Position numbers and translations under genes: made by a program. The notes below the pieces were generated by a model. The model did no database searches. It was not told the DNA's origin and was given only the letters and a program-made list of their open reading frames with translations. This document shows positions 54,367-64,000 of a stretch of 64,000 nucleotides of DNA, one piece after another. Source of the stretch: Rhynchopus sp. YZ270_cl-10 (lineage: Eukaryota). Position 1 is the stretch's first letter. The number at the start of each line of letters is the position of its first letter. The DNA lies in assembly GCA_964035575.1 (NCBI GenBank), contig OZ037843.1, positions 1,426,001 through 1,490,000 of the forward strand, read 5' to 3'.

Positions 54367-56903
54367 GCTACACACACATGGCTCTCGGGTATCCGAGGGC
54401 ACGTTCTCTTGTTTGCTTCTTTGCTGTGCGGTCATGAACTCTGGCACACCTTCCATTACACGATCTTAACTTCATGTTGTATTTTTGTTCTGCGCACTTT
54501 CATTTTCAGCATTTTTCCCCCAGTGGCTGTGTCTGCCGATGCACGGTGGGGAGTTTACACATACTTGTCTTTTTTTTGAAAAAATATGGACCAGAAAAAT
54601 TGGTCCATATGAAAAAAACCCCCCCAAAAGGTCCATGATTATTCGAGTCCATATTTTTTCTGGTCCATATTTTTTTTATAGGTCAAACGCAGTTGACAGG
54701 GGATATGCTACGGTCGCTCTAACTGTTTTCACCCTCACTTGTGCTCCTCACACATCACTTTCTGTACTTCAGGACTCTCATTTTCTTACCTTTTCTATTT
54801 GGCTCTGTTTTTGTTAACATATCAGTTTTCAAAACGAGAAAAAAAAAAAAATAGAAAAAATGGTGGAAACTCTCCCCCTATTTCGTTTCCCGTTTTTCCT
54901 GTGTGGGCGAAGATAGTTATTGACACCGTAGTATTTCGAAAGACGGTATTTATTGTTTTTGTTACACGCCATGGCTTGCAGAAGACCTGAACTAAGAGGT
55001 GGGGTTTTTACCAAAACCCCCAATCATCTTATATTAGGCAGTGGTTTCAGACCACCCGAAAAACTAGGTATAATTCACGGTCAAAATAACGTGAAATACT
55101 ATATCACACAAACATCACAGACACCGTATACTTCATCAAATTTTACGCTCCGAACACGAAACGTTGATATTCTTTTTTGTCGTCCGACACCGGAATTGAA
55201 CGTTTCGAAACCGCGCTTTCACCAAGCAAGGCCTCACTGATCCTCCCAACTGTTGTTCTTACTGGGTACCTGAAGGAAAGTAACCAGGTGATGATTATTA
55301 ACAGGAAAAACTGAACGAAAACAAAGGAAGTGGGGCTTGTAGTTTCGTTGCATATGCAGTGTGGGCCACAGGGCGGAGAAGCGAAGGGTACTTTTTAACA
55401 CCAGGTTTGATAGCAGCCATGTTCAGAGATATATTGAACCTAGCATATTGCGTGTCTCCCAAAAACCACAAGTGTTGTGTGTGAAGTTTTGAAGGAAGGA
55501 AAATAAAAGTAAAAATTGACTAAGGGTAGACACAATTTTTCTTGTGTTTAATGCTCGGTCGGGTCCCAAAAAGTTCCGCGCGCGCGCGCAGAAAAAAACA
55601 CACAAAGAAAAAAAAAACACACACAGAGACACAGCAAAAATAAAACATCGAAGCCAGGCTGTCTTCTAATTCTGGAAATTTTCCGGAAAATTCCGACATC
55701 CGGAAGCAATTTTTTTCCTTGAAAAAACAGTGGGTTTTCAGCCCAAACATGCCGCGATAGACATTTCCAGAATCCGCTCGTTCTGTGGTGGGGGACATAC
55801 AGAAAAACCGACAAAATTTTAGTGGCATAAATTTCCACAAAATATGAACCCATCCTCATAAACAAGGGTCATTTTCAGGTCGGAAAATCCACATTCGGAT
55901 AGAATTGTGGCGTTCCTGACTGGGAACAGGTAGCGCCGCAGGCGCACGGTACCCAACTTTTGTCTTTTTATTTTCCCCTTTTCTCTGCTTCTTTTGATGC
56001 GCGAGCCGATTGCTCTCCACGGTGGGGTCACATGATAGAATTATATCATGTGACCCACTCGTATATGGATGATTCTGTGTTCGAAGATATTTGGTTGATT
56101 TTTCCCGTGGAGGAAGACGGGAGGGAAAGTCAAGATAACCTGTTGACGTAAGGCAATGTTTTTTTTTTCTTCCATGTTTTTTTTTGTTGGAATCTCAAAA
56201 TTTTCCGCGCGCGCGAGCATTAAACAAATAAAAAAGTGTGCCTACCCTAACTTTAAATTGGCTACAAAAATAGGCTTTTCTGTACGGTGTGTGTGATGTT
56301 GTGTGATATATTATTAGCGTGAATAAGAATGGGCTTTAGTTCGCACACAGGTGGACACACCCCGAGGGCTGTGTCCACCTGTACAGTGAAATTAAGCCTT
56401 TAATTCACTTGTTAAATAAAGTTCTAGTGGGGCTCCGTTGGAAAAGGGTAATTTTAATTGTCGATAATTTGTCTATGCCGTTTTATCGGAAAATAAAACT
56501 ACTGTGGAGGCACTTTTTTTCACGGTATTTTCACTTTTTATTCCCCTGGGAAATAAAGTATACGAAGGATTTGGCACTTTTAGCGGGATTTTATTTAATG
56601 ATAATTTCACGCTAAATTTTGGTACATGTAGGTAGTAGGGCTGGAGGGACCGTCCAGCCTTTTTTAGCCTCCCTCCAGCCTCCTCAATCCCGCCAGCCCC
56701 TCAGCGGGCCTATCTAGGGGTCCGCGGGACCCGGTAGCGCTGGCGGGAGGGTAATGAGAGCTTTTTTTTTTTTTTTTCACGCTCTTTTTTTTTTTTTTTC
56801 CCTGAGAGCTTCCTGTGAGGACACATACTCGTTAGTTATTGCACAATAAATAAGTCACGCTAAAAGTGCCAAATCCTTTCGTATACTTTATTTCCCGTGA
56901 AAT

Positions 56904-57090
56904 AAAATTACGTATTCACCTCCTTTTAGCGGATTATTTTGCGATACTTCACTTATTTTTTTCCCAGGCTCGTGCACTCAATTTGCCTCGCTTCGCTCGG
57001 CAAATTAAGTAGCCCTCGCCTGGGAAAAAAATGCGTGAAGTTATCGCAAAATAAAACCCCGCTAAAAGGAGGTGAATAAATAGTTATTTT
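56904..57090. mobile_element. Palindromic element with CTCGCTTCGCTCG core (copy E2)
   Basis: TATTCACCTCCTTTTAGCGG ... AATTTGCCTCGCTTCGCTCGGCAAATT ... CCGCTAAAAGGAGGTGAATA. Confidence 0.75.
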
Positions 57091-58100
57091 CACTTGTGTT
57101 TTTATTTTTCTGTGGGAAAATACATAGGAGCGTGATTTTTTTTTATTTTGTTCACGCCAGTGGCGTGATTTTTTTTCGGGATAATTTCACTGTATTTTTG
57201 TACAGGAAAAACAGGCATTTCTCACCAGAAACCTCGAGTTTCAAACCAAAAAACGATTTTTTGAGACCACACCCGAGTATGTGGGGTGGGAAACGCGATG
57301 CCGGGGTGTCAGAACCTTGTGTGGGCCACATAGGGTGGTGCACACGTGCCCCCCATTGCAGTGACACGCAACCCACCTTTTTCCACTCAAAACCCCAAGC
57401 AGAGAGGTTTAGCCACACAACTGGCACGAGTCTGCGATTCGTGACCACTCGTTGCGTGTAGCGCACATAGCGAAGACGGTTCGTTACGTTTAGGCATCTT
57501 CCACCGAGGAGTGGTGGTGGTGGTAGCAACGCGTTTGAGAAGCACGGTCAGCTCTCCTTTGCTCTTGCTCCTGGTTGTGGTAGAGGAAATCATCGGTCCG
57601 TATGGCTCAGGGATTGTGTCACGCTGTGGAGCGGCAGGGCCATCAGAAGGCGGGCATGGAGGCTGCGCACCATACAGTGAATTTGCCGGGGGCGGGGGCA
57701 GGAGCGGTCCAGCATCACCACGATGTTGCGAATGCTGTTGAATCTCCTGCGCCTGGATCGCCCACCCTGCAGCAGACCCCGGAAGTGACAACATAGGAGG
57801 CACTGTCTCCGTCCCTTCATACACCAAATGCGGTTTCAACAAATTCTCATCATATCCCTGAGCCGCACCGTAAAAAGTACCTCATAACCACTCGCTTTTA
57901 TCTGTTCACCCCATCCCTCTTTTTTAAGGTGACGTGATCCTAAGCACGAGAGGCTGAGGATCATCTTACAAACCTTTCTCTTTTAATGTTCCCACGAAAT
58001 TAGCGCGTTGTCACAGTCATCATCATTAATGGATCGCACAACAAATAAGTTACCCTTTTCCAACAGAGCCCCCACTAGAACTTTATTTAACACGCAAATT

Positions 58101-58288
58101 AAAATTACCTATTCGAATTTTTATACAGTAGTTATTTTGCGATATTTCACTTATTAATTTTCGATGCTCGTGAGCTCAATTTGCCTCGCTGCGCTCGGCA
58201 AATTAACCACACTCGCATCGAAAATTAATGCGTGAAATTATCGCAAAATAAAACTACTGTATAAAAAGTCGAATAAATAGATATTTTT
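58101..58288. mobile_element. Palindromic element with CTCGCTGCGCTCG core (copy E3)
   Basis: TATTCGAATTTTTATACAGTAG ... AATTTGCCTCGCTGCGCTCGGCAAATT ... CTACTGTATAAAAAGTCGAATA. Confidence 0.75.
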
Positions 58289-59349
58289 TCACCCAAGTAC
58301 ATGTATTACCACTTTCGACACTTTAATTCCACAACACCCCTCCGGCAGCTATATAACACATCCTGCATCACCCTGGAGGTGGTTTGAGAGGCAACTTATT
58401 AGTTTACGGGTTTGCGGTTAACGGGTTTGAGGGATATCCGACGTTGAACCCCCACCACTCTTCCTGTTGCTGTACAGCTTTCGAGTCCTCATTTTCCCCA
58501 AAATTTCCTCGATTTGTGTAATATTAGACAGGTGTAAGTGTAAATATGTGTAAAAACCACCCCCCCCAGCACTCCTGTGGTGGAGGATGGGTATCAGATG
58601 GGTGTCAGATGGCCGGAACTGGGTGAAAAACTGAAAAAATGGCTAAATCGCGGGTTTTGGGTGGGGGGTTTATGGACGAACCCATGTCTTTACACTGATG
58701 AGAATTTTACCAAAACCCCACATCCCTGTGACTCTCACTCCCACCTCTGGCGGCACACTTCGCACGTGCCTGCAAGGGCTTGTAATCAGGTGGAATACAC
58801 CATAGTAGAACTGAGGCTAAACCTCACTTTTGAAGGGAAGAAAAGCCCCCCACACAGCAGAGAATAAGCCGGATCCCCGATCCCTAGGCCAGCCACGATC
58901 AAAAAGTCGAAAAAAATTCCCACAAAAAAAAAAAAAAAAAAACAAAAACAAAAACCCGAGTCACTTACTTCGCACAAGGAGTTGCTCCCTTGTGTTCCAA
59001 TTATACCCGTTTCGTTGACTGACGAGCGGTAGCGGGAGTAGGACATCTCAACGTAGAGCGCGAAATGGAAGTAAGCTGGGCGGAGGGTGGGCGTGGCGTG
59101 GATATATTCTGTTGCGACACGTGATTTTTCCAAGTTTTCAAAAACAAAAAAAGAACTTCAAACCAAAAAAACAAGCAATATCCCCAACGTTTTGCTCTTC
59201 GTTCACATTCCTGCCACTTCTCCCCTCCCCTCCCCTCCCTCTGGACACCCTCACACACACACAGGACCCTTCCCTACCCCCCATTCTTGCCTTCCCCCCT
59301 TCCACTGTGCAGGAGTACCTGCTGTCCTGCCTTTTTCCCCCACAACACT

Positions 59350-61292
59350 ATGTACACACTCTCCCTCCTACTGGCACCTCTCCTGCTGCAAGAGACAGAT
59401 GCCGTGCCGCTCAAGCCTATCCGCATCATGGGCGTCTTCACCAGATCACCACCCATAGCACCGCATCAGAACTCGTGGATGCCGTTGGTTCCTTGCCCCT
59501 CTATAGGCGAGTGCTACAAGGGTGGGTATCCCGCAATCGCTGCGTGGATGGAGTACTATTCAAACCCGGCAGAGGTGCGGGGGACAGTCAAGGTGATGAC
59601 GCCAGATTTTAAGTCGCGGATGATCTTTGGACACCCGCTGGGGTTGGATCTGAACCATGAAACGTGGAGGCGGCTGGGTGTGGACTTTGCAACACTTTCC
59701 GACGAGCATTTAATGAGCAACTCCAAAGACGATCTGGCAACAGAGCTGTTCCTCGTGAACAGTCCTGCCCCGATCTGCCTAGCGGGGGTCGTCGTGGACA
59801 ACCACTTTCCGTACCTCTCCGGGGTGTTCGCGTCGTCGCATGTAAAGGTTGTGGACGGTGTGTCCTTAGGTCTGTTCACGTTATGGGCATCGAAATTTGG
59901 TGGCAGATCTGGCGAAGTCATATCATATGATAAAATCATTCCGATTGTAACAAGACGGCTTCGTGCGTTGGGTGTCGACATCATCATCGCCCTGCGTATT
60001 GGCTTCGCAAGCGAAGAAGGCGAAATATTGAACCTGCCCGCATACGACATCGACCTTGCTGTACAGAACACCGATTGGGATGTCGACACCTTCACTGCTA
60101 ATGGCACCACGGTGCTTGCTGCGCATGACTTACAATCCTCTAATGCATACCCTTTGGTTTCCGTCGACCTTGTGCAGGACGGTGCTGCCTGGAGCTACTC
60201 CGTGCACGAGGTGAACCCCTGGAAGAATGATCCCCCAAAGGGCAATGCGGACCCCTTCTACCTGCAGGAGCTGCAGAGGCGCATTTGAAGCGGCAGGTAT
60301 CGATTACACCACAGAAGTATGGGAGGATTACTTACGACTTCACTGCGACATCGTTGCTGATCGTAAACCAGACGAAGTACGACTGCACAGAGGACCAGAA
60401 GTACGACGCGTATTGGCAGAATTGCGAGAACTGCCCTGAGGGCTTTTGGCACCCAGACATCGACAGCCCTGGGTGTGTGGAGAAGCTGCCTGAGGAGGTG
60501 GACATTGGGATGATCCTTGGCATCGTGTTTGGTGTTCTCTCTGTGTGTGGGGTGCCTGTTGCATGGAAGATATCAGAGAAGCAGCGCCGCATCAACGCGC
60601 TCTTCAACAACAACAAGATTGCAGAGGAATGTGCCATCGCGGTGATGGACCTCCGTCTTGGCGACCTCGATTACCTCCACGAGCTGGAGAAGCCGAACAC
60701 GATTCAGTCTGCGTTCATCGCCATCACGAAGCAGATGAAGGTGTACATGGAGTTTATGCCTAAGAATTTGATTGCAAATTGTCAAGGAAGTGGTTCCGAA
60801 TCAGGCTCGATTGCGCTTTCAGGCTCTGCATCTTCTCGGACGGAGAGTGTGGCCAGTAGGGCGAGCAGGGATGAACGAGCGAGGCGTCGCTCTGTGGTGC
60901 AGGCGAAGGGGAGCCAAAAGCTGACCACGACCTTCCTCAGGAAGAAGCACATCACGGCGCTGGCACTGAACAGCAAGGGGCATCTCAAGAGCATTAGTGG
61001 CGACGTCCTGGCGAAGCATTCGCGGTTTCTCGAGAAGGTAACGACCATCATTACTGCATACAAAGGCATCGCCGAGACACTGAGCGGCGACAGGATGCTC
61101 GCCATGTGGAACACTGTGAACGACACTGCCGGCCAAGCTGCGTACTCCTGCGATGCTGCGCTTGCACTGCAGTTGATACAGGACGGCGTCACAGCGAACG
61201 TCGGCATCGCAAAGGGTTCTGCACAGTTCGGTCTGTTTGGCGGGGAAGGCACAAAACGGTATATTTTCCCACGTGTGCAGTGCACAGTCTAG
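59350..61292 (+). pseudogene. Family C receptor: signal peptide, degenerate 5'-nucleotidase-like ectodomain, Cys-rich motif, TM, degenerate cyclase domain; frameshifted near 60280 and 3'-truncated (or interrupted)
   Basis: ORF1 has GGYPAIAAW, LGVDFATLSDEH, VKVVDGVSLGLF and LRALGVDIIIAL. ORF2 has CENCPEGFW, TM IGMILGIVFGVLSVCGVPVAW, MKVYMEFMP, IAETLSGDRMLAMWN and NVGIAKG. Homology stops after GGEGTKRY. Confidence 0.75.
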
Positions 61293-62334
61293 TTTTCACC
61301 TTATCAAAACTGGGGCAGCAGCCACAGTCTTGGACAGGTGTGCAGGCGACGCAGTCCCCTTTTGCCAGCGTGAACAAATATCCTCAATATGATGACGTTC
61401 GTGAATGTACCACAACTACGAGATGGCAGGAGGGGATGCCTTTTTTCATTTTTCAAATTCTTTTTATAAGACATGTATGCATTTCTAAGGAAATTTTTCA
61501 GTATCCACGAGTCGTCTTTTTCCCTCCCGTGCTCCCTATCTCACTCACACACACACTACATCTTCATCAGGAAAATTGTCAAAATTCTTTCGTTCAACAT
61601 TGTGAGCAGCGTTTGGTGATTTAAAAAAAAAAATGTGTACACATAGTTTTCCCCCTTCTTTTCCCCCCTGTGCTCCACGACACTTTCTGTACTTAGGGCA
61701 AACACGTTCATACCTGAAATTTGCATATTTACCGTTATCGAGTCAAAACAAAGATACACTGTTACGAGAGGGCGTTGTATCTCAAGTCACATTTCTTCTC
61801 CCCAATCCCCTCAATTCCCACCCTCTCTTTTCCCCCCTGTGTTCCACGACATTTTCTGTACTTCAGGCAAACATTCATACCGGAAATTTGCATATTTGCC
61901 GGTATCAAGTTTGAAGAGAAAAAACCCGTGGAAGCGAAAAACAACCTTTATTTTCCCTCCTCCCCGTTTGTATTCTCTTGAGCAACAAACAAAGAGAAAC
62001 GAGTCGAGCATTTTTTTTTTTGGCAAAAAGTGGTGATTTTTTTTTTCCAGATAATTACCTGCAATGCCAAAAGGAAATTGAACTCCTTTTTTTTCTATTT
62101 TGGGCGGGTTGGCGTTGAGCCATACTTCACCGACAGGTCGAGGTGTGCGTTTCACCACAACATCTCCCTTTTGTCTTTATTGTTTTATTGTTTACGAGGG
62201 GGTGGGGAAACACAACAAATGAAAAGTAGGAGTGCGGTTTCACTTTCCCTATTCAGGAAACCGTGTGGAAATGTCTGATGTTGTAGTGGCTTAAAGTTCG
62301 CTAAAAGAATTTTCCCACCCCAATTTTATTTCTA

Positions 62335-62754
62335 CAGTCATCCAACAAAGGTTGGTGGGGTAAAAACCCACCAATTTTTTTTTGAGCCCCCCAAATCCAC
62401 CAATGTTTTTACCCCACCAACCTTTTTACCCACCAACCTTAGTGGTTTCTAACCTGTGTTTACCATGTACCCGCAAACCCAAAAGTGCAACATTGACGGT
62501 GTAAACCTGCGGCAGGTTTTGTATATGGGGGCATCTTTTTTTACTTTTGCGGTATTATTTTTTCAATCTGGACCGGGTTTGGGTGGAAGTGGGGGAGGGG
62601 AGGAGGGGCATAGGGGCATAGGGGTCCACGTAAAGGAAACCCAAAAATGCAGTTCTAATCCAAAAAAACCCACCAAAATTTTTTCGAGCCCCCAAATCGA
62701 CCAATGTTTTTACCCCACCAACCTTTTTACCCACCAACGTTTGTTGGATGACTG
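62335..62754. mobile_element. Tc1/mariner-type MITE
   Basis: TA|CAGTCATCCAACAAA ... TTTGTTGGATGACTG|TA, with internal CCCACCAA repeats. Confidence 0.8.
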
Positions 62755-63246
62755 TAAGTAAGAGAAAACCGAATGGAGTGGGAACGCTAGTGAGAGCGCA
62801 GCGGAAACGATAGTGGGAACGCAACGAGAGCTTGTCATAATGTTTTATTCTTCCCCACAAAATATCACGCGCAGAGAAACACTCGTTTTTTCACACAGCG
62901 CGTCCGTTGTTTGTTTTTTCTCAACGACACCTTTTTTCAAAAAATTTAAACCACGAAATGGATTGCAGGACTGCATGGTTGGGTGTCAACCCACCGGTCC
63001 ACCCGGTCATTCTACGACCAAGGTACACTGCTCACGAGAGGGCTTTGTATTTCAACCAGTGCTCTCAAGATCCTCCACGTAGGGGAGGATATTTCCTCCA
63101 GGGGCTTTTTTTTTTTTATTCCCCTGGGAAATAAAGTATACGAAGGATTTGGCACTTTTAGCGGGATTCTTTTTAATGATAATTTCACGCAGTTTTTTTA
63201 TCGCAAATTAAAAACCCGCTCATTGAACTTTATTTCACGCGTTTTT

Positions 63247-63755
63247 CACTTTTCCCAACCTTCCTGTATACACGCGTCAGCAACCAATACAGGTAGTGTA
63301 TTGAAATGATTCTGGGGGGGGGGGGGTAAGGGGTCTAATTTTAATTTCGTCGATTTTGAGAAAAATTTTGGCCAAAAATGGGCCCCACGTATAAGGAACC
63401 GGGCTCATATTTCTCAAAATTTAAGTGGTCAAAAAATTGTCCAATTTTCCGAAATGACCCCACCGCTGCACGGGCGGAGCCCAAAAATGCAAATAAGCCA
63501 CTTTTTCCCAACCTTCCTGTATACACGCGTCAGCAACCAATACAGGTAGTGTATTGAAATGATTCTGGGGGGGGGGTAAGGGGTCTAATTTTAATTTCGT
63601 CGATTTTGAGAAAAATTTTGGCCAAAAATGGGCCCACGTATAAGGAACCGGGCTCATATTTCTCAAAATTTAAGTGGTCAAAAAATTGTCCAATTTTCCG
63701 AAATGACCCCACCGCTGCACGGGCGGAGCCCAAAAATGCAAATAAGCCACTTTTT
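63247..63755. repeat. ~250-bp tandem duplication (2 copies)
   Basis: CACTTTT(T)CCCAACCTTCCTGTATACACGCG ... AAATGCAAATAAGC starts at ~63247 and again at ~63499. Confidence 0.9.
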
Positions 63756-64000
63756 GGTTTCATTGAAATGATGCGGCTGACACTGAGGAATTATGGTTTA
63801 CGACGTCCCATTGAGGGGGCGAACCCTTTTTAATTTTTTGTTCTCTTGAAATGTGTAATTTCATGTTTTCGCGAAAAAAATACGAACTGATCCTACAAGG
63901 GTTGAAGGAAGGTGTGTGGAAAACAATAATAACAAGAACAACTAATTGCTAAGAAAAATAATGGGGTGTGCTGTGGATAACTCCGCGCGATTTTCGGAAC

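Noticed and set aside
60286..60288. TGA readthrough or alternative genetic code joining the two family C ORFs
   Set aside because: The downstream homology is in a different frame, the readthrough frame stops again shortly after, and other genes use TGA as a stop.

Overview
Eukaryotic genomic DNA, probably from a euglenozoan (diplonemid-like) protist. This is inferred from an orphan 18S rRNA 3'-end fragment with a euglenozoan-type terminal helix, from intronless genes all on the + strand, and from pyrimidine-rich/AG tracts before the start codons. Coding content is dominated by three families of membrane receptors ending in a class III nucleotidyl-cyclase-like domain whose canonical catalytic residues are replaced in the same way. 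Family A (2 TM, Cache-like ectodomain, HAMP-like linker) has four full copies, a partial copy at the window start and two relics. Family B (about 6 TM) has three tandem copies, one frameshifted. Family C (degenerate 5'-nucleotidase-like ectodomain, Cys-rich motif, TM) has one disrupted copy. There is also a secreted bacterial-type CxPxR sulfatase and a small Cys-rich type I membrane protein. The spacers are a mosaic of nested non-autonomous DNA transposons with 2-, 5-, 6-, 7/8-, 8- and 9-bp target duplications, one of which carries a 113-bp satellite. They also hold palindromic elements with covarying stems and strand-biased short stem-loops that share an ACGAGAG loop. All calls were made by eye; no database searches were run.
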